Below are positions 38,361 to 55,158 of a stretch of DNA of 64,000 nucleotides, piece by piece; position 1 is the stretch's first letter, and the number at the start of each line of letters is the position of its first letter. The notes below the pieces were generated by a model, which worked only from the letters and a program-made list of their open reading frames with translations, made no database searches and was not told the origin of the DNA. A program made the position numbers and the translations under genes. The stretch spans positions 1,612,001-1,676,000 of the forward strand of contig OZ037772.1 in assembly GCA_964035545.1 (NCBI GenBank), read 5' to 3'. The DNA is from Bugula neritina. Lineage: Eukaryota > Animalia > Bryozoa.

Positions 38361-40114
38361 TCTTGCTAACAGCACAACTTACAAGATTCAACTAATTTAA
38401 CTTGTTGAGATTTACATGAATATAATACATGTGAAATGTGAAAATAGCATTAAAAATCAAGCAAGGAATTCACATTTTGACACAATTATATACTTTCACT
38501 TGAAGGTAAGCTTGATGAACCAATATGAACTGTTCACAGAGTTTACTGTGTAGGATTTGCACCTAGAATATTTAGTTACATCAGAGCTAAGTGAAAAATC
38601 TAACAGTTGATTTATTCTGTTGAAAGTAAATGTGTTGAGTATTGATCTTATTACCCAACTTCACCCTTTTTACTGTAGAGTTTGTTGATGTAAATTCACT
38701 TAATTAAACTACCCTCATGCAAGGGGTGGGGGTGGAATATTATTGTGAATTTATGCTTTACTTGTTATTATAGGGTCTATTTAGGCAAAGCTATTTCACC
38801 AGGTTTGTGATTGCTAACACTTTATTCTATTTATTTCAAGATACTAATAAAACTGTACAACTATCAAAAACACGTTCCATAATAAGAGAGAGAATATACA
38901 AGACTTTACAATAACAATTCCAAGTGCTCTCTGCCTGCTAGTCAAATAGACTAGGGCCGACTACAAGTATTCAGCTCCGCCTACTACTAATTATTAACAA
39001 TCACTGATTGGCCATCACGATGGCACCATCACACTAGTTGATCTGCATGCTGCAAAATGCATCATGTCCTCTAGTTAAAGTGTGTGCATGGAGTTGTCCT
39101 TTCGATATAATAACATAATGTACAAAATCTCTGCAATATGCCATCTGGGATATCTGTATGATAAACTTAACCAATCAACTAGCAGCATCTTCACTATTCA
39201 ATGAAATTATCAAACTATATTATTTAACTGTAACATTATCCTAGTGAAACCTCTTAACTGTTCCTCCTATTCACTAATCATCAAATTATTCTCCTCTACC
39301 AAATCAATACATTGTGCAGACTCCATATTCAATCTCCTCTACATACAGTTTATATTTCAGCTATCAGAGTCATGATTCTACATCACATGAATGTTCTCTA
39401 CTTTAACAAGAGAATAGCCAACTATAAAAACCTGCTATAGCACACAATATAGCAACCTGTTATAACATGACATACAGTACATCAATATTCATTCACTACA
39501 CAAAATATCTCAATACACATAACAACTGGAGCTGCTGAAGTTCAATGGCTTATACAAGTTGAATTGAACAAAACACTACGTTGTTCTTCAGCATATCAAC
39601 TAGTATGAGTAGTGTGGAGAGATCTTTTATATATATAAAAACTTGTGTTTGAAGGAAATATTAAATTATATTATTCCTCTTAGCATCACATGTAGCATGA
39701 ATATCAACTTATAGTTAGTGAGTTACTAGAAGTTTCTTTGTAACGGAAACCAGTCCGGGTTCCCCTGCAGTTCCATCTCAACGAGTCTGGCCTGAGCTGA
39801 GGTCACTGCATGATGACATCATTCACTAGGTTTTTCTTGGTGTCTGGAAATTTTCCACCAGTTACTCCAGTGACTGAAAATGAAGTACTAATACCAGTGA
39901 CTCGGTCTCAAACTTACTTACTGAGTCATTGTGATTATTAGTTGATGACTTAATGTTTTAGTGAAGTTATAGTTATAGTTAACTTAAAGTCCTACTGATA
40001 CTGATAGCTAATGTGCCATTCAGTCTCATCTTCATTCTCAGTAATTGTAATACTGATATTAAGACTAACTAACGCCTAATGCTAAGTTCAACTACTAATT
40101 ATTACACTTTTAGT

Positions 40115-40130
40115 ACTAGTAGTAGTAGCA

Positions 40131-40161
<31 letters not shown>

Positions 40162-40284
40162 TAGTAATAGCAGTAGCAGACACTAGTAGTAGTAGTATTA
40201 GTAGTAGTAGTAGTAGTACCAGTAGCAGTAGTAGTAGTAGTACCAGTAGCAGTAGTAGTAGTAGTGGTAGTAGTAGTAGTAGTG

Positions 40285-40339
<55 letters not shown>

Positions 40340-40355
40340 CAGTAGTAGTAGTAGA
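40115..40355. repeat. (AGT/AGC)n microsatellite
   Basis: Trinucleotide run; explains the poly-Leu ORF 40088..40402. Confidence 0.95.
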
Positions 40356-40480
40356 TGGAGGTTACCAATTCTGTCACTCTTGCATGTCAACATACAACCC
40401 AACAGGAAACTAAAGACAACAGAACGGGGCTGACAAAATCAACCAATCAAATTATAAATAAAGAGGAATTCATGACTCAC

Positions 40481-47010
<6,530 letters not shown>

Positions 47011-49320
47011 CTACAAAATACACCCACACATATCTAGAACTACCCTCTATATTCACTAAACAGAGTTCCTCAGTCTATTCAGCATGATAGGACAAACCCA
47101 GCAGGAAACAAACTCAAGGCTAAAACAGTTATCTGACTGCGAATCACAAATTTTATGTTTCCACATTGAAGAACACATTTAACCAGCACACACTAGGCTA
47201 ACTACAATCAGCTAGTCTCATGGTTCTCTCTCATACTACAGAGAGCTAAGTCTATCTAACTGGTGGCCAGCTATAAAGTTCTGAGTATTTATATAGTGTG
47301 CCCATGAATTGTTAACAGGGTGGACTCAACTTCTTTAACCCCTTCGTCTCCAACTCTCTGTATAATACTTATATTATGGGGCGCAGTAGATATGTATTTT
47401 GTAAATTGAAAAAAAGTATTTAAATATACTCCAGTTGCAGTTTTATAATAGATTAGGAGACAACTAGCTAATATTTAAATGAAAACATTTAATGGCCTAC
47501 ACCAAGCTTGAAAATAATTAGATATAAGCCCACCCCTTGTGCTAGTCACATATTCATATTCATAGCTTAAGTGAGCTGAAGCGCACATCACAGTGGCTGA
47601 TCATCACCACACACATTCTCACACTGTTCTCATAAACTGCAGAGTCGTAAATATGCTCTCCTTCACATTGGTACTCGAACTCGTACTGAAAGTGTTGCAC
47701 ATAACTGTTCATATTGACACTGACATTATGAAGTTAATAGTGATATTTCATTTTCAATAGTAGGGCTTTTAGATGGTATTGATTCATCCACAATGAGAAA
47801 TACTTGCAAATGTTGATAAATTATTTTATGATTGAATTGGTGAGTTATAATGTGTATCATTCAAATGTGAATATTGAACATGATCTGGTCGCCTTGATTA
47901 CCTCATATTGATTCATCGCAATTGTCAGTATAATTGTGCCATAGAGAATTCTAATAAGTTTGAAAATTGACATACAGTTTCACATTGCTCATTCACTTTC
48001 AGTGATCCATGCTTAGTGTCACATTGGCCTTTAGGCTTAAAGCAACGAAATCTAACAGTAACACTATCTATAAGTATATTTATATTATTATCAAGTATTA
48101 GCATTATGACATAAAATTAAACTTAAAGCCTGTCAGTTATAGTGTCTATGAAATTAAATTCCAAAAATAAAAAAAACAAAAATAACTTTTATTCACGCTT
48201 CAACTTTCAAAACGAAGACTAGGTTCAACCCAACGAGGTAAGAGATGATCATTTAATCAGTTAATCACAATGCCTAGTATGCTATCACATTCACGCAAGC
48301 TTTCACTGTGAATCACAATGATTATGAGTATGATTTAATGAGTATGGCAATCCCAACGACAATAAGTATAACTGTGAGTGTGAGTGACTGACTGAGTGTG
48401 ACTGATAAGAGCCAGGCTAATGCCAGGGGCAATCGCAATCACAATCGGTATGACTGAATCACTATCAGTATAAGTATTACAATCACAAAGTCAAATGACA
48501 ATGCCAATAGCACTATCAATATCATATTGATATTGAATTGAATTTTGAATGCGAATATCAAATAGCACCCTCTTACCATTACTATTAGTATCAGTATGAG
48601 TATGAGTATTACTATTAGTATTACTTACAACTTGTTTATGCAAGAGAATTAAATCTTTAAAGCGTAGCATCCTTTTCAAGCAAAATAAGGACAATAAGTT
48701 TCGTCAAATTGAGTTAAAAACTACAACTTATAAGTCACAAGTATAAAGCAACTCATGCTCAGTCATCACTAATCCTAATCAAGCATATAGCATAATTTAT
48801 TTTACAATGCTACAAGATTATCTAGACGGTGCGCTTACGCCTCTCATTGTACTTAAGCAATATCCAATTGTATGGTTTTTATGACTTTAAAATCCGTTTT
48901 TGAGAAGCAAGGCTAGATAGAAATTAATGATCGATATTGACTCGCTAAGAGTACTCATGTAAACCCGCAAACTACAACTTTTAACTTGACCGCAAAGCTG
49001 GAAGTACGATAAGCGTTGCCGTATTGATTTCAGGCGAATTTTAGTTGATTTCTTTCAAACTGCTGAGAAGTAATATTTGCTTCCATTTTATGTCTGTATC
49101 AGCCATCAGGGCTATCGCGATACAATTATAAATGTTCTTAATTCAATCAATATTATGAAATAATTAATGTAGGAAATTCAATTTTGACTATATAGAATAA
49201 TCTCAATCTGAATAAGTATTTTTTATTTATTGTAACACTTGCACTTCGTCTTACACTTACTCTTAGTGAGATAACATAGTACATACTCATACTCAATCCC
49301 ATACTCAATCCCATACTGAT

Positions 49321-52300
49321 TGTTTTATGTTGATTTGTGATATTATTTCAGCTATCGTGAAAAGACAGAACGTGCTCGAGTTAGTTGATAAACGTAAGAG
49401 GCCGAAGCCGTGATTTATTACCACAATATATATATACGAAAATACTAAAACTATTACAATAAGTGATACAATTAATTATTAAGATTATGACAAAAAATAG
49501 TAAAATAATAAAATAACAAATTAGAAATAAATGTTTACATGAACACCGAACATCTCCCACAGAATAGAAAAAAAGCTATTTAGATATGATTGTTTTAAGA
49601 GGGCACATAGTCTGCCATCCAACTAGGTGGCTTCCGTTCTCTGGTTGAACGTCTTAGATTGTCGCTATGATTGGCGCTCTCGGTGGTGTCAACCTGGGTA
49701 CTACTAGCGTTTTGTTTAGGATCCTTTGGTGTCTCAGGACTCGCTGGCTCCGTGACGAGTGGTCTGATGTCTCGCCGGTTTCTCCGAAAGAGGTTGTTGT
49801 TAAGTTGTATGGCATAGGCTCTGCTACTCAATTGTTTGTTAATTTGCGCCTCCTGCCATTTTCTCCGGTGCTGACTCCAGTCTCGAACCAAAACTGGTTG
49901 CCCTTCTTTCAGCACTGCCAAATCTCTTGCACCGTCATTGCATCTCTGCTGCAGTTTTTCATTGCGGCCCTGCTTTTCCCACCAACCTTGGTTGTTCTCT
50001 GTTTCTGGCCGAACTTGTGGGAGTACTGACCTGGTGGGTCTTCCGATAAGTTGCTGAATTGGGCTGGCCGTCAGGCCTTCTTTGGTGGTGTTGAGATGTT
50101 CCAGTAACGCAAGTTCGGGCTCTTCACATCTGCGGAGTATACGTTTGGCTATCTTCACAGCAGACTCTGCCTTCCCATTGGACTGAGGATGATATGGAGA
50201 GCTGGTGGTGTGTGTGAAATTCCATGATTGGCTGAAAGTGGAAAACTGGTGCGAGGTAAACTGTGGTCCGTTGTCAGTGTGAACCTGTCTGGGTATTCCC
50301 AGGCGTCCAAAACAGCGCTTTATGGAGTTGATAACAGCCTCTGCTGTTTGGTTGTCCAGTCGGTCATATTCAAGGTAGTCAGTCGTATAGTCAACAATAG
50401 TAATGTAGTGAGTGTGATTGTATTCAAACAAGTCAATTCCTACTTTGGTCCAGGGTTGTTGGGGAACTGTGTGGAGTAAAAGTGTTTCCTTCTGTTGCCG
50501 GGGAGCATCCAGTTGACATTGTCGACAGTTAGCAATATTGTTTTTGATGTCCTTGGTGATGCCAAGCCAAAACACTGTGTGGCGGGCACGTCTTAGTGTG
50601 GAGTTAATCCCATTATGGCCGGTGTGAAGTAGTTGGAGAAACTTTCTCTGGAGTGTCTTTGGAATAATGGCTCGTAGTCCTTTGTAAACAATGCCATTGT
50701 CAATAGATAGTTCGTCCTGAAAGTGTTTGTACTTGTCGTGAGTTGTGCAGTTGGCAATGTTCCAGTCATGTTTAATAAGGTTTGTCAGTGTCATAAGTTC
50801 ATTGTCCTGTGCAGTAGCAGTCCTAATGTTGTCAATTAAGTCGTCACAAACAGGAGCATCATTATTTTGAGAGTCAATGTGAAAAATGTGTTCTGGTAGT
50901 TGTTGATAGTTGGGGGAGTCAAAGTATGAGTCTCTTGAGAGTAAGTCAGCCGTGATTTGTTCAGCACCCTTTTGCCAAGTTACCTTAATGTTGGGGTATC
51001 TTTGTAAGTGAAGAAGCATAGCCTGCAACCTCCGAGATGCCTTATGAATGGATTTCCTGAAAATAGATACAAGGGGTTTGTGGTCAGTTTGGATAGTGAC
51101 AGCATGGTGACCAAAGATATACTGGTCAAAGCGTTCAGTGCCAAACACTATGGCAAGGCACTCAAGCTCTAGTGGCACATAGTTCTGTTCCGATTTTGTT
51201 AAACTGCGAGATGCATATGCTACAGGCTTGCCTCCTTGCATGAGTGTTGCACCCACACCAGCATTTGAAGCGTCAGTTTGTATAGTTACTGGCTTGTTGC
51301 AGTCAAAGTATTGTAGAGTTTCTGAGTCAGTTAGTAAGGTCTTCAGTCTATTAAAAGCGTTCATTTGGTCGTCAGTCCAGTGAAAGTCTTGAGCATTGTC
51401 TTGTGTCAGTAAACGTCGTAATGGTTCAGATTCCGATGCTAGGTTGCTAATAAATTTTGACATGTATGTGATGTGACCAAGGAATCGTTTTACTCCCTGT
51501 GGAGATGAGGGAGGTTTCATCTTAAGAATGGCTTTTACTTTGTTAGGATCTGGTTTAAGTCCATTAGTTGTCAGTATGTGTCCAATGTAAGGTAGTTCGT
51601 CCTGAAGGAAGCGGGATTTTTCCTTGTTCAGTCTCAGTCCTGTCTGTCGAGCACGTTTGAAGAGCGCTTCAAGGTTTCTATCATGCTCTTTCCTTGTGCT
51701 TCCAAAAATTAGGATGTCATCTGCAACTATGGTGATGCCATCAAGACCAGCAAGATTTTCCGTGAGCCTTCTCTGAAACTCCTCCGGCGCTGATGCAATT
51801 CCAAAGGGTAGCCTTAGGTACTTGTACTTTCCTATGGGAGTCCAGAAAGTTGTCAAGTCTGTAGATTCCTCAGCTAGGGGAATTTGATAGAAACCTTCTT
51901 TGGCGTCACACAAGGAGAAAAACTTGGCACCGTTGAGTTGTGGCAAAACATCTTCCAATGTTGGCATGACAGCGTGGTTTCGTTTAATTGCTTGATTGAG
52001 ATTTTGCGGATCTATGCAGATGCGTATCTTTCCATTAGGCTTGCGCACTGGTTGTAGATGGCTTATCCAGTCTGTAGGTGCTTCTACCTTAGCGATAATT
52101 TGACGTTGTTCTAGTTCAAGAATAGTCTTGATGAGATCTGATTTCATCGACAAGGGCACCTTCCGCGGTCGGACTTGCACTGGTACAGCTTCAGGTCTTA
52201 GCTCTATCCTATATTCCTGTTCAAACTTTCCAAGTCCGGTAAATATGTCATCAAAGTTAGTCAGTAAAGTCTGAAGGTCTGGGTCAGTAGTGGCAAAGTT

Positions 52301-53821
52301 TACATTCTCGCTTTTGGTGCTGGGCATTTGTAATAAATCCAGGTGCAAACATGATTTCCATGACAGCAAGCTATGTTGGGTGGTTTCCACAACTAGGAAT
52401 TTTAATGTAGTGTAACATCCTTGCTTGTTTAGTATCTGTATCCGTGTCCACCCTAGTGGTGCACACTTGCTCTGGTCATATAAAGTTAGTACAGTATCAG
52501 TCGGTGTAAGTTTCGGTTTACCTAGCTTGTCGTAGTCGATCGTATTCAAAGTATTGCATGATGCACCAGTGTCAAGTTGGAATTCAATGTCATAAATAGT
52601 ATCTGCTTGCTTAGCAGTGAGCATCGCTAATAATTTACGATCTCGTACAGTAGTGGAGATAGTACTTACATGTTGAGAGTCACTGTCTGAAGAGTAATTC
52701 CAGGTGACTTGATTGGCTGTTTCGGTTGAGTCGCGATAATGATGCATGCGTGACCTGCAGTATGTAGCAAAGTGGTTAAATTTCTTGCAATGATTGCACT
52801 GTTTCCCATATGCTGGGCATGCTCGAGGTGGGTGATTGCCTCCACAGTTTCCACACCTAGAAGCACCAACTGATTTTCTGACGTTGGGCTGAGAGTGAGT
52901 GTGTGAAAGTTGTCCTCTGTGTTTATCAGTGTTACGAGTGTCATTAGAGTGATATTGATGAGTCGGAGGTCTATGTTTTACCAAGTTCACTTGTTCGAGT
53001 CCATATGTGTTATCCTTAGTCATAGTCTTGTAGTCAATAGCCGATGCTTCTTCTCGTCTGCAGAGTTCAATTGCTTTGTCAAAGTCAGTCAAGTCAAACA
53101 GTTTCTTTCTAATCTTGTCACTTTCAATTCCCAGTATCAGTGCTTGTAGTATCAGTCGGTTGTACATGTCTTTTAAGTCACATAGTCCTGCAATGGTATG
53201 TAGTTCAGTCAAAAATTCGTCAATAGTTCTATTTCCTTGCTTACAAGTCAGTAGTGAGTGAGTCTTAGCCACTAAGTTTATTCTTGGTTTGCAGTAGTCA
53301 TCAAACTGCGTCACAACTTTGTCATAGTCAGTTTTGTCATTGTTGTCAGTCCAGTTGAAAGAGTCGTATATTTGGTTGCCTCGGCGACCGATAGTTCTAA
53401 GTAGGTATGCAGTTTTCACTTTGCCTTCGGCTGTATCTTTCGATGTGGCAGTTAAAAAAAGTTCGAAGTCACGTTTAAAAATCTTCCATTCCTCAGGTAA
53501 ATTCGGTCCATCTGCTAATGGTTTTGGCGCTAGTAATTGCTCCATGTTATTTCAGTGTAATATTAATAATAATTAGACTCGGGGCACCATGTTTTATGTT
53601 GATTTGTGATATTATTTCAGCTATCGTGAAAAGACAGAACGTGCTCGAGTTAGTTGATAAACGTAAGAGGCCGAAGCCGTGATTTATTACCACAATATAT
53701 ATATACGAAAATACTAAAACTATTACAATAAGTGATACAATTAATTATTAAGATTATGACAAAAAATAGTAAAATAATAAAATAACAAATTAGAAATAAA
53801 TGTTTACATGAACACCGAACA
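49321..53821 (-). mobile_element. Gypsy-C: full-length intact Ty3/Gypsy (Mag-like) LTR retrotransposon
   Basis: 232-bp LTRs 53590-53821 (5') and 49321-49552 (3'), apparently identical; 5-bp TSD CTGAT; PBS TGGTGCCCCG (elongator tRNA-Met-type). Confidence 0.97.
49595..53545 (-). CDS. Gypsy-C single gag-pol polyprotein (1316 aa)
   Basis: CGNCGGNH..C and CNHCKKFNH..C knuckles, LDTGAS, IRICIDP, IVADD, TDASN, HHCC, GIDLF/HTDNGPQF/KAESAVK; no disablements. Confidence 0.95.
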   Translation of the reverse strand: MEQLLAPKPLADGPNLPEEWKIFKRDFELFLTATSKDTAEGKVKTAYLLRTIGRRGNQIYDSFNWTDNNDKTDYDKVVTQFDDYCKPRINLVAKTHSLLTCKQGNRTIDEFLTELHTIAGLCDLKDMYNRLILQALILGIESDKIRKKLFDLTDFDKAIELCRREEASAIDYKTMTKDNTYGLEQVNLVKHRPPTHQYHSNDTRNTDKHRGQLSHTHSQPNVRKSVGASRCGNCGGNHPPRACPAYGKQCNHCKKFNHFATYCRSRMHHYRDSTETANQVTWNYSSDSDSQHVSTISTTVRDRKLLAMLTAKQADTIYDIEFQLDTGASCNTLNTIDYDKLGKPKLTPTDTVLTLYDQSKCAPLGWTRIQILNKQGCYTTLKFLVVETTQHSLLSWKSCLHLDLLQMPSTKSENVNFATTDPDLQTLLTNFDDIFTGLGKFEQEYRIELRPEAVPVQVRPRKVPLSMKSDLIKTILELEQRQIIAKVEAPTDWISHLQPVRKPNGKIRICIDPQNLNQAIKRNHAVMPTLEDVLPQLNGAKFFSLCDAKEGFYQIPLAEESTDLTTFWTPIGKYKYLRLPFGIASAPEEFQRRLTENLAGLDGITIVADDILIFGSTRKEHDRNLEALFKRARQTGLRLNKEKSRFLQDELPYIGHILTTNGLKPDPNKVKAILKMKPPSSPQGVKRFLGHITYMSKFISNLASESEPLRRLLTQDNAQDFHWTDDQMNAFNRLKTLLTDSETLQYFDCNKPVTIQTDASNAGVGATLMQGGKPVAYASRSLTKSEQNYVPLELECLAIVFGTERFDQYIFGHHAVTIQTDHKPLVSIFRKSIHKASRRLQAMLLHLQRYPNIKVTWQKGAEQITADLLSRDSYFDSPNYQQLPEHIFHIDSQNNDAPVCDDLIDNIRTATAQDNELMTLTNLIKHDWNIANCTTHDKYKHFQDELSIDNGIVYKGLRAIIPKTLQRKFLQLLHTGHNGINSTLRRARHTVFWLGITKDIKNNIANCRQCQLDAPRQQKETLLLHTVPQQPWTKVGIDLFEYNHTHYITIVDYTTDYLEYDRLDNQTAEAVINSIKRCFGRLGIPRQVHTDNGPQFTSHQFSTFSQSWNFTHTTSSPYHPQSNGKAESAVKIAKRILRRCEEPELALLEHLNTTKEGLTASPIQQLIGRPTRSVLPQVRPETENNQGWWEKQGRNEKLQQRCNDGARDLAVLKEGQPVLVRDWSQHRRKWQEAQINKQLSSRAYAIQLNNNLFRRNRRDIRPLVTEPASPETPKDPKQNASSTQVDTTESANHSDNLRRSTRERKPPSWMADYVPS

Positions 53822-54253
53822 CTGATACTCAATCTCATACTGAGTCTGATACTCGTAGTCATAGTGATAGTCTTTGCCAGATTATTGTTAGATAATTTAG
53901 GCTAGTACTAGTACTACTACTAGTAGTACTACTACTAGTACTAATAGTGTGGTGGCTCGTGGAGCTACCAGCAACACAATACGCAAGGTTGCGTATTGAC
54001 CCGGAACAATGTATTAGCCAATTAGCTAAGCTGTTTGATAAGTAATAGTAGCCGCTTCGCGCTACTAGCTCAGTTGAGGATAGTGCTGTAAATTAAATAG
54101 ACGTGCGTATCATTACTGTTGTACATTGGATTTTTATTATGTATTCTTGTATTAAATATAACGGTATCTACTCGACTTAACCGGTGAAGTTTCTCTAGTG
54201 TTAAATAGACTCTCTTGGTGGCACATCAACCCTAAATCTGAAAACTATAACAG

Positions 54254-54271
54254 TGGTGGCAGCGGTGGGAT
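54254..54271 (+). promoter_or_regulatory. Primer-binding site, tRNA-Leu-type
   Basis: TGGTGGCAGCGGTGGGAT, 18 nt complementary to the ..ATCCCACCGCTGCCACCA 3' end of metazoan tRNA-Leu(AAG). Confidence 0.85.
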
Positions 54272-54285
54272 AGTGTATATCAAAG

Positions 54286-55152
54286 ATGGAGACTGAAAAC
54301 GCTAGAATGCAACCACCCCCAGTAGAAGGTGAGCGTAGAAATGCTGTTAATCCTGTGAATCATGAAGGAGAAGAAGCTTATAGACATTGCTTGAAAGCTC
54401 CCACCTTTACTGGGTCGGAAGATGTCGAACAATTTATACAAGAATTTAGAGAGGTAATGGAAGTTGCTCAATGGCCGCATAGAGTGGCCCTCATTCAATT
54501 GCGGAGAGCGGTGACGGAACAAGCCAAGCCGTACGGAGTGGGAACGGACGTAGACGGCATACTGGCTGCGCTGCGGGCCCGTTTTGGCACCTCCGTCATA
54601 GACGCTAGGACCAAGCTGGAGAGATTGTGCCGCACCCCGCGGACCTCGCTGCAAGAACATGCCGCGACGGTGAAGAAGCTGGCGCAGATTGCATATAGCG
54701 ATCTGCCAGCACAACACCAAGAGCGTTACACCTATGACGCCTTTGTCCAGTCCCTAAACGACCTGGGCCTAGACCATCACCTACGAGCTAAAGGGATAAC
54801 CAGAATAGAGGATGCCCTGAAGGCTGGAGAAGCTTACCTGTTGGCTACCCAAATGCATCGAGCACAACGGAACCCACCAGTAGTTGGAGTCAGCGCTGCT
54901 CGGGCTACGACAGGCTCCGAAGCCCTCCCGCTGGAAGCCGAAGTGGACCGTATGGTAGAGATGTTGGGACAATTGGTAACCATTCTGGCCGGTGCTGGCC
55001 CCGGTCAGGCCTTGCGGATGCCCCCAACACCTGTGGGGCAAGGCTGGAGTAGCGCTGATCAGGACCAGGGACAGAAAGGACGACCCCAATACCAGGGGGC
55101 GTTAAACTGTCACGGCCCGCGGACACTCTCCCTCCCCGCGGGCCGCAACTAA
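54286..55152 (+). CDS. gag: Gypsy-D gag (no CCHC knuckle)
   Basis: Aligns with Gypsy-B gag (METENA..KAPTFTG..VEQFIQEF..VAQWP..LAQIAYSDLP..GEAYLLA). Confidence 0.92.
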   Translation: METENARMQPPPVEGERRNAVNPVNHEGEEAYRHCLKAPTFTGSEDVEQFIQEFREVMEVAQWPHRVALIQLRRAVTEQAKPYGVGTDVDGILAALRARFGTSVIDARTKLERLCRTPRTSLQEHAATVKKLAQIAYSDLPAQHQERYTYDAFVQSLNDLGLDHHLRAKGITRIEDALKAGEAYLLATQMHRAQRNPPVVGVSAARATTGSEALPLEAEVDRMVEMLGQLVTILAGAGPGQALRMPPTPVGQGWSSADQDQGQKGRPQYQGALNCHGPRTLSLPAGRN

Positions 55153-55158
55153 AGGAGT
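55101..55158 (+). promoter_or_regulatory. Predicted -1 ribosomal frameshift signal
   Basis: G_TTA_AAC, 5-nt spacer, perfect 10-bp stem CGGCCCGCGG/CCGCGGGCCG; equivalent in Gypsy-B at 31933-31871. Confidence 0.75.
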
